A stretch of 64,000 bases of DNA, taken from assembly GCA_963665235.2 (NCBI GenBank), contig CAXXLX010000001.1, positions 128,001 to 192,000 on the forward strand. Reading direction: 5' to 3'. Source of the stretch: Candidatus Poribacteria bacterium (GTDB lineage: Bacteria > Poribacteria > WGA-4E > WGA-3G). The position numbers and the translations under genes were made by a program. The notes below the pieces were generated by a model. The model was not told where the DNA came from and made no database searches. It saw only the letters and a program-made list of their open reading frames with translations. Below, piece by piece: positions 37,749 to 47,137 of the stretch; the stretch's first letter is position 1, and each line of letters opens with the position of its first letter.

Positions 37749-38786
37749 ATGTATAAAAGTGCGATGTTAGGGTGCGGTGGTCGTGCCCGTGCACATGCAA
37801 GTGCATACCGATTTGTCAAAGGCGGCAAAATCGGTGCTATATGCGACATGAACGAAGACCTACTTAACCGCTTCGGTGATGACTTCGACATCTCTGCACG
37901 GTATACAAACCTGGACGAGATGCTCGAAAAAGAGAAACCAGATCTGCTTCATATTGTCACAGCACCAGTGCTGCGTGGGACAAACCAACGTATTCGGTAT
38001 CCGTTGATGAAGCAAGCCTCCGACCACGGCGTGCCTGCGGCGATTGTCGAGAAACCGATTGCGGTTGAAAGTGAAGACTGGAAACAAATTGCCGGGCTGG
38101 CAGAGGAGACAAAGACGAAGTTCATTGTCAACACGCAACTCAACTTTCACCCGCAAAACCTTGAACTCAAACGTGATGTAGCGGAGGGTAAAATCGGCGA
38201 ACTTAAGTTTATCGACGCAAGCGCGCGAAGCACACCGGTCGATCAGGCCCCCCATGTGCTCCAATTGGTGTCATCTTATATTGACAATTCCCGCCCGACG
38301 CGGGTATTAGGCCAAATTGCGGGGAGAGAACAGCTCGATTCGGCACAACCCTCTCCGATGCATGCTGCTGGACATGTGCTATATGAAAACGGGCTCCATG
38401 TCTCCGTTGCGTTTGGCACCGGCATGGGAACGTTGGCATCGGACAGCGGAAGCACGGTTGCACATAAACGTGTTTTTGTTGTTGGTACGAAAGGTTTCGT
38501 GCATTGGCGGTTCAGCAGCTGGGAACGCGCAACCCCTGAAGGCGGATATGAGGGCGGGCCTCTCAACTACGGTGAACAGGATATTGCCGCACAAGGAAAT
38601 CTGACAGAGGCGGCTTTTGACTGGCTTGACGATGAAAACAACGTGCATCCCACACATCTCAAGCAATCCCTCGCCGAATTCAACCTGCTCTTAGGCATTT
38701 ACTATAGCGGGATAACCAACCAGATTATTGACCTACCCTTTGAGCCGCCGGATGGGTTAATGAATTCGCTCAAGGAACATTTGTAA
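37749..38786 (+). CDS. Gfo/Idh/MocA-family oxidoreductase, copy 2 of 3
   Basis: Near-identical 345-aa paralogue. Confidence 0.9.
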   Translation: MYKSAMLGCGGRARAHASAYRFVKGGKIGAICDMNEDLLNRFGDDFDISARYTNLDEMLEKEKPDLLHIVTAPVLRGTNQRIRYPLMKQASDHGVPAAIVEKPIAVESEDWKQIAGLAEETKTKFIVNTQLNFHPQNLELKRDVAEGKIGELKFIDASARSTPVDQAPHVLQLVSSYIDNSRPTRVLGQIAGREQLDSAQPSPMHAAGHVLYENGLHVSVAFGTGMGTLASDSGSTVAHKRVFVVGTKGFVHWRFSSWERATPEGGYEGGPLNYGEQDIAAQGNLTEAAFDWLDDENNVHPTHLKQSLAEFNLLLGIYYSGITNQIIDLPFEPPDGLMNSLKEHL

Positions 38787-38860
38787 AACAGTAGAACAAG
38801 GTGGTGGCGGCCTGACAGGCTGCCACCGTCTGTAGCAGGACGATAAAGGAGACATTTTTT

Positions 38861-39898
38861 ATGTATAAAACAGCGATGTTAGGGTGTGGCGGTCGTGCCC
38901 GTGCGCATGCAGACGCATATCGCTTTGTCGAAGGCGGTAAAATCGCGGCAATCTGTGATATGAACGAGGAATTGCTGAATAGGTTCGGTGACGACTTCAA
39001 TATCTCTTCACGGTACACAGATTTAGATCAGATGCTTGAAAAGGAGAAACCGGATGTGCTCCATATTGTCACAGCACCGGTGTTACGCGGCAGCAATGAG
39101 CGTATTCGGTATCCGCTGATGAAGCAAGCCTCTGACCACGGCGTGCCTGCAGCGATTGTCGAGAAACCGATTGCCGTTGAAAGTGAAGATTGGAAACAGA
39201 TAGCCGGGCTGGCTGAAGAGACGAAAACGAAGTTTGTCGTCAACACACAACTCAACTTTCACCCGCAAAACCTTGAACTGAAACAGGATGTAGCGGAGGG
39301 TAAAATCGGCGAACTTAAGTTCATCGACGCAAGCGCGCGAAGCACACCGGTCGACCAGGGGCCGCACGTGTTACAACTTGTCTCTTCCTATATTGATAAT
39401 TCGCGGCCTGTGCGGGTGCTTGGGCAAATTTCTGGCGGGGGGCATTTAGATTCAGCGCAGCCTTCTCCACAATACGCCGCAGCGCGTGTTCAGTACGAAA
39501 ACGGGCTCCATGTCGCTGTTGCATTCGGCACAGCCATTGCTCCTTCCGCGTCGGATGACCCGACCGTCTTTTTTCACAAGCGCGTTTTTGTCATCGGCAC
39601 AGATGGGTTTGTCCATTGGCGATTTAGCAGCTGGGAACGTTCAACGCGAGACGGCGGCTATGAGGGCGGCCCGCTCAACTATGGGGAGCAAGATGTCATT
39701 GCACAAGGCAATCTCACCAACGCTGTTTTCGATTGGCTTGATGATGAAAACAACGTGCATCCCACACATCTCAAGCAATCCCTCGCGGAATTCAATCTGC
39801 TCTTAGGTATTTACTATAGCGGAATAACCAACGAGGTGATTGAATTGCCTTTTGAACCCCCAGATGGGCTGATGGATATGCTCAGAGAGCGGTTGTAA
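38861..39898 (+). CDS. Gfo/Idh/MocA-family oxidoreductase, copy 3 of 3
   Basis: 345-aa paralogue, slightly more divergent. Confidence 0.9.
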   Translation: MYKTAMLGCGGRARAHADAYRFVEGGKIAAICDMNEELLNRFGDDFNISSRYTDLDQMLEKEKPDVLHIVTAPVLRGSNERIRYPLMKQASDHGVPAAIVEKPIAVESEDWKQIAGLAEETKTKFVVNTQLNFHPQNLELKQDVAEGKIGELKFIDASARSTPVDQGPHVLQLVSSYIDNSRPVRVLGQISGGGHLDSAQPSPQYAAARVQYENGLHVAVAFGTAIAPSASDDPTVFFHKRVFVIGTDGFVHWRFSSWERSTRDGGYEGGPLNYGEQDVIAQGNLTNAVFDWLDDENNVHPTHLKQSLAEFNLLLGIYYSGITNEVIELPFEPPDGLMDMLRERL

Positions 39899-39907
39899 CG
39901 TGTGTGT

Positions 39908-39943
39908 ATCCGTAGTCTCATGTAGCAAATTGAGACTACGGAT
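39908..39943 (+). terminator. 13-bp perfect inverted repeat after the triplicated genes
   Basis: ATCCGTAGTCTCA...TGAGACTACGGAT. Confidence 0.6.
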
Positions 39944-40015
39944 ATTCCGTTGAAATCGGGGTGTATTGTATGTTATCATTACCTTAAGAAACCCATCTTG
40001 TAGAGGAGAAAAGTT

Positions 40016-42055
40016 ATGCCAGAACTGATCCAAGGTGTTGTGGATACCTATTACAATAGAGATTTTGCCGGCGTGAAAAGAGAAGACGATGCAACAAGAC
40101 ATAACACCCAAGGCATCGCTTACAGTAAAGACGGTGAGCACACACGCGCAATCGAAGCCTTCAATAGCGCGTTAAAACTGGATCCGCATTTTGCTGGGGC
40201 GTATTACAATCGAGGCAATGTTTACGCCAAAAAACGCGATTTTGATAACGCTATCAGCGACTATACAGAAGCAATAAAACGCAAACCCGAGCTTGTCGAG
40301 GCATATAATGAGCGGGGTCTTGCTTACTACAATAAAGGCGATTTTGATAACGCCATAAACGACTTTATCCAAGCGATAGAACTTCAACCTGATTGTGCTG
40401 AGGCGTATAACAATCTTGGTGCTGCTTATGCCAAGAAAAACAACCTTGATAACGCTATAGAAAATTATAACATATCAATAGGGCTAAATAGAAAGTTTGC
40501 CGAGGCATATTATAATCGTGGCACTGCTTACTACAACAAAAGCGATTTTGATAACGCCATAAACGACTATACAAACGCAATAAAACACAAATCTGATAAT
40601 GCCGAGGCGTATTACAATCGGGGGGTTGTTTACGCCAACAAACGCGAACTTGATAACGCCATAAACGACTATACGGAAGTAATAAAACGCAAACCCGATT
40701 TTGCCCTGGCGTATAACAATCGAGGCAGTGTTTATAGCGTAAAAGGTGAGGGTGAGCTTGCGATAGAAGACTATACCAAAGCGATAGAATTGAATTCAGA
40801 GCTTCCCGAGCCTTTTTACAATCGCGGTATAGCATGGATAAGATTAAAAGAATGGGAAAAAGCCAAAGCAGACCTCACGACTGCCAAGAAAATGGGCTTG
40901 GATATTGTTGCCCTATTCCATAACGCGTATAGAAGCGTTGAGAGATTTGAGAAACACTTCGGTTTTAAGTTGCCAGAAGATGTTGCACACCTCTTGATAG
41001 AACGTCGGCGAGATCGCTATCCGAAGACACAAAGTATTTTGGATGCGAACGGTAACCCCCTTGAATACCCAGCTGTGCTGAATTTGCTTTCGCGGCTTCG
41101 GAATGCTGGCATGCCGTTAGGTGAGTACGTCGAAGCAAAACCTGCTTTCGGTATCAACACAACGCCAACCGACATTTTCGTTGTAGATAAAGCGGTGCGA
41201 GATGAACTCGTTGCCTCACACCCTAGCTCCGCAGAAATTTTGAAACCGTTTTTGCATGGCGAGGATATAAGACGTTGGCATCTTGACACCCCGCATCGGT
41301 GGTTAATCTTTGTACACCGGGGCATAGCAATTAACGATTACCCTGCCATCTTGGCGTATTTGGAAAAACATAGAGAACGACTGAGCCAAAGAAAAGGCAA
41401 ACAGGCATGGTATGAGTTGGCAGCGTCTCCTGACGATGCGGAGCGTTTTGCACAACCGAAGCTGGTTTGTCCAAACACCTATAACCATCAGACCTTCGCG
41501 GTTGATACAGCGGGTTATTATTACGGTAAAACCGCCTATCTGATACCGACATCGGAAAAATGGTTATGCGGTCTCCTCAATTCCCGGACTGTGGAGTGGT
41601 TTTATTCGCAAGTGTCAAAGCAGCTAACCATTGATTGGCTTCGGGCGCGAAGTGGTTACATCCAACAAATCCCTGTTCCGGACATCACGTTAACACAGAA
41701 GGCACTGATTGGCAAAATCGTTGATTACCTAATCTATCTTCAGCAGCAACCAACGATAAACAGCAAGGATTTGAAGTACGCCCGTGACCGCGTGATGCTC
41801 GGGTATTTTGAGCGAGTCATTGATGGTTTGGTTTATGAGGCGTATCTGCCTGACGAGCTGCATAAAAGTGATAAGCATTTCCTGCAACCGTTGTTAGATG
41901 AAGAGTTACCACCAATTGAAGATATTGAGGGTGATAAGATGTCTCTGTTCCGAGACATCTTTGAGCTTCTCTATGAAAAAACACATCCCATTCGGCGAAA
42001 CCTTTTCTTTTTAGATAGTGTAAAACCGGTCCGTATCATTGAGGGTAAACTATGA
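40016..42055 (+). CDS. TPR-repeat protein fused to a TaqI_C-like restriction-modification target-recognition domain
   Basis: About 8 TPRs (AYYNRG..Y...DFDNAI.DYT.AI), then ILKPFLHGEDIRRW...YPAILAYLEKHRERLSQR...WYEL...PKLV...LCGLLNS...IQQIPVP...IDGLVYE. No methyltransferase motifs. Confidence 0.8.
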   Translation: MPELIQGVVDTYYNRDFAGVKREDDATRHNTQGIAYSKDGEHTRAIEAFNSALKLDPHFAGAYYNRGNVYAKKRDFDNAISDYTEAIKRKPELVEAYNERGLAYYNKGDFDNAINDFIQAIELQPDCAEAYNNLGAAYAKKNNLDNAIENYNISIGLNRKFAEAYYNRGTAYYNKSDFDNAINDYTNAIKHKSDNAEAYYNRGVVYANKRELDNAINDYTEVIKRKPDFALAYNNRGSVYSVKGEGELAIEDYTKAIELNSELPEPFYNRGIAWIRLKEWEKAKADLTTAKKMGLDIVALFHNAYRSVERFEKHFGFKLPEDVAHLLIERRRDRYPKTQSILDANGNPLEYPAVLNLLSRLRNAGMPLGEYVEAKPAFGINTTPTDIFVVDKAVRDELVASHPSSAEILKPFLHGEDIRRWHLDTPHRWLIFVHRGIAINDYPAILAYLEKHRERLSQRKGKQAWYELAASPDDAERFAQPKLVCPNTYNHQTFAVDTAGYYYGKTAYLIPTSEKWLCGLLNSRTVEWFYSQVSKQLTIDWLRARSGYIQQIPVPDITLTQKALIGKIVDYLIYLQQQPTINSKDLKYARDRVMLGYFERVIDGLVYEAYLPDELHKSDKHFLQPLLDEELPPIEDIEGDKMSLFRDIFELLYEKTHPIRRNLFFLDSVKPVRIIEGKL

Positions 42056-42108
42056 GAATTACCGACATTGAGATTAAAAACTTCAGAGCCTTTCCGAAGA
42101 CGTATAAA
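42052..42108 (+). pseudogene. AAA/SMC-OLD-type ATPase, N-terminal stub
   Basis: ATGA-coupled start reads MRITDIEIKNFRAFPKTYK, then the IS begins. No Walker A motif found beyond the IS. Confidence 0.7.
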
Positions 42109-42125
42109 TTGACATACTCCCCCAG

Positions 42126-43328
42126 CTAAAGCAAGGGGGATTCTTTTGAAAGTGAATCCCATGCTTTCTGGTGCGGATTGTGGGGTATAGACTTCGGGTG
42201 AAGTCTGCGAGGGCTGCTCGCAATAGCAAGGCTGACATCCTCTAATCCAAAGGTTGATGCCCCAACCTTTAAAATATTTATCGCAGCGTTAACGTCACGA
42301 TGATGTTTCTGATGGCAAGTAGAACAACACCATTGACGAACTGACAAATCCAGCTGCTGTTTTCCCTGTCCACAGTTGCTACAAGTCTTAGAAGTCGGTT
42401 CAAAACGGTCAATATAGTGAACCTCTTTACCGTGTTTGACCGCTTGATGGCGCAACTTTTCATGGAAGGCGTAGGGCGCAATATCAGAAACTGGACGCCC
42501 CCACAACCGTTTCATACCCTCAAAAGTCAACGTCTCAAAACAGAGGTGATCCTGTTCATGCACAAAACGCTTCGCGAGTTTCCAATGATGATCCTCACGT
42601 TGTCTTTTGATTTTACGGTGTTTGCGCGCCACATCTAAGCGGGAACGCTCACAGTTGTTGCTACCCTTTACTTTCTTAGCATGCACACGTTGGGCTACAG
42701 ACAGTTCCGCCATAGAGGTTTTATAGAACTCAGGAGACTCATATTCTGTGCCATCGGAACAAGTGAACATCGTTTTGATACCGAAATCATACCCTGCAGC
42801 ACTACCCGTCTTAGGTAGGATTTCAGATACCGTGTCATCTGTTACAACACACATATAGAAGTCACCAACACTATCTGCTTTGATAGTGACTGTCTTAATA
42901 TTACCTACTATCTCGCGGCTTAGATTAAACCGATATTGTTTTTCCATTATACGGACCCTATCACCATAGAAACTATAGCCAGAGGGGGACATTGTGAATG
43001 AATACGGTTTGCGCCATGAACGAAACTTAGGCGGACGCTTCGCAATACACTTAAAAAAACGCTGATACCCGGTGTCTAAACGCCGCAGTATATCACGCGC
43101 CGCCCAAGAGTCTAACTCACGCCAATGCGAAAACACTTCAGGATGTGAGTTCCTAAGGACGGTAAAGGCACGCGACATCTCAGGAAGCGACATATACGCA
43201 AGACCAAGAGAATAGCGCGTCCGCTGCCAACCTAAAAAATAGTTCCAAACATCATGGGCCACCCACGTTAAACGCTTGAGATTACGATTACGCGGGGCAC
43301 GAAAAAGTTTGTATTTTGTGGTATACAT
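42126..43328 (-). CDS. tnpB: TnpB RNA-guided endonuclease
   Basis: RuvC residues GYDFG / CFETL / RDVNAAINI, Zn finger CSNC..CSTC, N-terminal YKL...WNYFL, PKFRS. Confidence 0.95.
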   Translation of the reverse strand: MYTTKYKLFRAPRNRNLKRLTWVAHDVWNYFLGWQRTRYSLGLAYMSLPEMSRAFTVLRNSHPEVFSHWRELDSWAARDILRRLDTGYQRFFKCIAKRPPKFRSWRKPYSFTMSPSGYSFYGDRVRIMEKQYRFNLSREIVGNIKTVTIKADSVGDFYMCVVTDDTVSEILPKTGSAAGYDFGIKTMFTCSDGTEYESPEFYKTSMAELSVAQRVHAKKVKGSNNCERSRLDVARKHRKIKRQREDHHWKLAKRFVHEQDHLCFETLTFEGMKRLWGRPVSDIAPYAFHEKLRHQAVKHGKEVHYIDRFEPTSKTCSNCGQGKQQLDLSVRQWCCSTCHQKHHRDVNAAINILKVGASTFGLEDVSLAIASSPRRLHPKSIPHNPHQKAWDSLSKESPLL

Positions 43329-43415
43329 CTAAGGGTATCCTGCCTTGAAAAGTTGCTACCTGCCTCTAAAAAGGGGCGGAGAAGTCTATAGATTCTCCGC
43401 TAAGGCATTAAATAG

Positions 43416-43444
43416 AGTATACCCCATTTTTCAGGAAAAGTCAA
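43416..43444 (-). promoter_or_regulatory. Sigma70-type promoter of tnpB
   Basis: TTGACT-17-TATACT on the minus strand. Confidence 0.65.
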
Positions 43445-43634
43445 ATTAAAATTTCAACTCATGCACCGCTACTACATCCCCCAGCTAAAGCATGGGGGTT
43501 TTGTAGCGGAAGATTTGATAAATAAACTAAGAGCTTTCGCAGACCTCCACACAATTTTTGGACTTGATTTATTATAGGCAGCTGTGCTAAACTATTAACA
43601 ATGTTCCAAGCTAACAGGGAGGAGTTACAAAGAA

Positions 43635-45053
43635 ATGGCGTTCGCAAGCGATTCAGGGTTGAGACTCAACGTCTCGCCAGAGCTGCCTGAAGGCGGGCAT
43701 GCAGAAGCACGTTTAGCAGCACTTCAAACCATGTTTCAAGCGGAAGCGGATGCACCGTTGTCCGAATTAGAGCAACATTTGCGGGCTTGGACGCGCAGCC
43801 ACCTACAAACAGAACAGATTGAGGAGGTGCATACGCTAGCAGTAAAAGCCCGTCAGGACTTTGCTGCCCTTGTTACCATAGGTATAGGCGGCTCCGATTT
43901 GAGTGCGCGCGTCTTTCACGAAACCTTCAATCATCCCTATCATAACCTGCTGTCGGTTGCTGAACGAGGGGGGGCACCTGAGGTCTACTTTACAGGCGAT
44001 ACGTTTGACCCAATTGGGCTCAAAGCCTTATTGGATATGCTGAAATCACGCGGACTTTTACAGAAAACGCTTTTCAATGTGATTAGCAAATCGGGCAAAA
44101 CAGGGGAAACCCTCGCGACGCTCATGATTATTCGGGAGACGCTTCAGCAGGAATTAGGGGACTGGCGACAGCAAGTTGTCGCAACCACCGGATTAACGGA
44201 AAAAAGTCTACTTTTCCAACTGCATCGGGAAACCCCGTTTTACGGCATACTTCCTGTGCCTGAAGGGGTCGGGGGACGTTTCTCCGCTTTTTCACCGGTC
44301 GGTCTGTTTTTCTTAGCAATTACAGCAGGCATCGGGGAGACTCCAGCACAACGGATAGAGGCAGCACAAACTGGTATCCGACACGCTGCACAGTGCTTTA
44401 CACTGTCCTACACACATCCCGATAACAGTGCCTATCGGCTTGCACAATGGCTCGATTATGCCGAGAAACAGCACGGTACAACCAGCCTCGTCCTCTATAA
44501 TTACGCTGACAATAGATGCCTCGGCGAGTGGTTTGTTCAACTTTACACCGAATCCATTCAGGAACGGGGTATCGGTGCCAACGTTATCGCTGCAAAGGGG
44601 CCGACAAGCAATCACTCTATCCTCAACGGTATTATTGCCGGGCCGAGGGATAAGGTCGTTGTTTTTATCCATTGGGAGGCACTCGGGCCCGATTTGACAA
44701 TTCCGCGCAGTAAAGTTAGCGGGTTAGAGGCGTTTGAAGGCCTCGCTATGACCGACATTCAGACTGCCTCCTATCAGGGAACAGCCGAAGATTTTACCGA
44801 TAAGGGCATTCCAAATGCTACCTTAACGCTAGCGAAGCGGGATATCAGCAATATGTTCGCGCTGATGCGGACCTTAATGGATACCGTCGCCGTTAAAGGC
44901 CGACTACAAGACCTCCATCTCGTTGATGGCCGGGTAGCACTTGATAAAGAGCTAACCTATCACCAATCGGCAGTTGAAGGGTATAAGCGGCGTACCGAAG
45001 AAATCGCCCGTAAAATGGAGCGGCCCCACCACAAGGCAGAGACTGAAGACTAA
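43635..45053 (+). CDS. pgi: Glucose-6-phosphate isomerase
   Basis: IGIGGSDL, NVISKSGKTGET, VPEGVGGRFSAFSPVGL, QLYTES, YHQSAVEGYK. Confidence 0.85.
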   Translation: MAFASDSGLRLNVSPELPEGGHAEARLAALQTMFQAEADAPLSELEQHLRAWTRSHLQTEQIEEVHTLAVKARQDFAALVTIGIGGSDLSARVFHETFNHPYHNLLSVAERGGAPEVYFTGDTFDPIGLKALLDMLKSRGLLQKTLFNVISKSGKTGETLATLMIIRETLQQELGDWRQQVVATTGLTEKSLLFQLHRETPFYGILPVPEGVGGRFSAFSPVGLFFLAITAGIGETPAQRIEAAQTGIRHAAQCFTLSYTHPDNSAYRLAQWLDYAEKQHGTTSLVLYNYADNRCLGEWFVQLYTESIQERGIGANVIAAKGPTSNHSILNGIIAGPRDKVVVFIHWEALGPDLTIPRSKVSGLEAFEGLAMTDIQTASYQGTAEDFTDKGIPNATLTLAKRDISNMFALMRTLMDTVAVKGRLQDLHLVDGRVALDKELTYHQSAVEGYKRRTEEIARKMERPHHKAETED

Positions 45054-45057
45054 AAAA

Positions 45058-47133
45058 ATGCATAGTAAATTGTCCTCGCTTCGGCTTCGAAACAAAATAT
45101 TTTTCGCCTACGGTCTGATTTTTGCGGTCATGTCCATTGTCGTCTTTGCGATTGCTAGTTTTCTGATTAACCGGGCCTTTAAAGCACAGCAGCAGGAAGA
45201 TGTGCGGGGTCTAGAGCATAATATTTCCAATAGGTATGTTCTATTCGTTGAAAGCATTCGGAAAGAGGTTAAAGCGAAAGGAAATGATCGAGATGTGCGA
45301 AATGCTGTACGATGGGGCGACGAAAATAGACGCCGAGATGTGGGGCGTTCAGCAGTGAATTTTGATGTCTTCGAATGCAGGAACACCGATGGCGTGTTAG
45401 TGTTAAGTAAGTGGGAGAATGACCCACACATTGGACAAAAAGATGCGGAGCTAGCGAACGCTAAAACTGAGCCAGCATTCAAAGCGGGGAAAGGCACAAT
45501 CCGCGAGAGAATCATCGGAGATGACGATGAACCGCAGCTTGTCGTTGAAGTAACACAATGGTGGGATTGGGGGTTTGTCACCGGCGGCAGATCTCTTCAA
45601 AAATGGCTAGAGGGTGACCTGCTCAGCCAACCCCGCGAGCATCCAATCTTTCTTGTGAAAAAAAAATACGAGCAGGAGGAATGGATTCCCTTAAACAACA
45701 TAGCACGCAAAGCACGAGACTTACAGGCGGCGTGGACAAAGCAAGCACAAATAAAACAAGCGGCGGGCAAATCGGTCAAAGAATTGGTTATAGCGTTGGA
45801 GGATATCCCGCAGCAACTCGATCCGGACCCAGAAGATGTCGTGCTGCATGAATCGTTTACAGCGGTACGCGCGGATATCCTAAGCTCCCCCTTTTCGGAT
45901 ACGCAGCAATTGCCGGATGTAGAACTGATAATTGCCTATTCACATCAGCATCGGAGTCAGTGGCAACGTCGAACCCTTATAATACTCCTATCGAGCCTCG
46001 GGGCAGGAGGACTTATACTCTACGGCAGCAGTTATCTCATCAGCAGGCGAATCACTCGGCCTATCGCACAGCTTCGGCAAGGTGTAAACGAAATCGGGAC
46101 AGGTAACCTCAATTATCAAATTGCCATCGAATCCAAGGGAGAAGTCGGACAACTTGCTGCTAGCTTCAACAAAATGGCAAGCGAACTCAAGCAGAGTATA
46201 GAGATGCATAAGGCAGCCCAGCGGATAGCAACATGGCAGGGTATCGCACGTCAACTCGCCCATGAAATCAAAAACCCGCTTTTTCCCATCCGGCTCTCTG
46301 TTGAAAACTTGCAATCTGTCAAAGCGCAGCCCGAGGTTTTTGAAAGAATTTTTGACGAATGCACAGATACAATCATTGAGGAGGTCGACCGAATCCGTAA
46401 TTTAGTCGATGAGTTCCACCAATTCGCACGATTACCGGTCCCCGACCTGCGCCCGGTCGATTTGAATGACGTTGTAGCGACTGCTTTGAGATTGTACGCA
46501 GCTCCCCCGGTTGAAGGGATAACCGCGTCGGAAGTACAAAGCACGTCGGAAGTCGGGATTACAGAGAATGTGATAGAGCCAGCTGCGAAAGGGGTAACAG
46601 TTGAAAAACAGTTGAAACCGTTGCCGCCCCTTTCGTTGGACAAAGAACAGATGGAACGCGCTGTCGGAAATCTCGTTAAAAATGCAATTGAGGCGATGCC
46701 GGATGGCGGGACGCTCACTATCCGAACCTACTGTACCCCGCTCACAGAAAACGTTGCAGGGAATGATGCACTTGAAAACAGTGGACATGAAAACGGTAGA
46801 AATATTTCGCTTGAAGTTCAAGATACAGGGCACGGCATGTCCGAAGAAACCAAGCGAAACCTTTTTACGCCAGACTATACGACGAAAGAATATGGAAGTG
46901 GGCTCGGCATGGCAATCGTCCGCCGAATCGTTACCGTCCACGGCGGCGACATCGGCGTGGAGACTGAAGAAAACATCGGCACAACCATACGGATAAACTT
47001 TAACGAACTCTCACACGTGAGTGACCCTACGCCAACGCTAATATCACCTGAAACCGACCTCACTCCTCCTGAAATTGACGTACAAAATAGGGAGACAGAC
47101 AGCGGGGCCGCAGCCCCCACGACAGAGGTATAG
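45058..47133 (+). CDS. NtrY-like HAMP sensor histidine kinase
   Basis: Two TM segments, HAMP domain, WQGIARQLAHEIKNPL (H box), NLVKNAIEAM, DTGHG, GSGLGMAIV. Confidence 0.92.
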   Translation: MHSKLSSLRLRNKIFFAYGLIFAVMSIVVFAIASFLINRAFKAQQQEDVRGLEHNISNRYVLFVESIRKEVKAKGNDRDVRNAVRWGDENRRRDVGRSAVNFDVFECRNTDGVLVLSKWENDPHIGQKDAELANAKTEPAFKAGKGTIRERIIGDDDEPQLVVEVTQWWDWGFVTGGRSLQKWLEGDLLSQPREHPIFLVKKKYEQEEWIPLNNIARKARDLQAAWTKQAQIKQAAGKSVKELVIALEDIPQQLDPDPEDVVLHESFTAVRADILSSPFSDTQQLPDVELIIAYSHQHRSQWQRRTLIILLSSLGAGGLILYGSSYLISRRITRPIAQLRQGVNEIGTGNLNYQIAIESKGEVGQLAASFNKMASELKQSIEMHKAAQRIATWQGIARQLAHEIKNPLFPIRLSVENLQSVKAQPEVFERIFDECTDTIIEEVDRIRNLVDEFHQFARLPVPDLRPVDLNDVVATALRLYAAPPVEGITASEVQSTSEVGITENVIEPAAKGVTVEKQLKPLPPLSLDKEQMERAVGNLVKNAIEAMPDGGTLTIRTYCTPLTENVAGNDALENSGHENGRNISLEVQDTGHGMSEETKRNLFTPDYTTKEYGSGLGMAIVRRIVTVHGGDIGVETEENIGTTIRINFNELSHVSDPTPTLISPETDLTPPEIDVQNRETDSGAAAPTTEV

Positions 47134-47137
47134 CAAC

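Larger units (their letters stand above)
42109..43517 (-). mobile_element. IS200/IS605-family element, tnpB-only (IS1341-like)
   Basis: Matching subterminal hairpins CCCCC(T/A)TGCTTTAGCTGGGGGA at both ends. The right end finishes in TCAA (42112-42109). The left end is preceded by TTTAT (43522-43518). Confidence 0.85.

Noticed and set aside
42126-43328. Cas12f/type V CRISPR effector
   Set aside because: There is no array, and IS605-type hairpin ends flank the gene, so it is a transposon TnpB.
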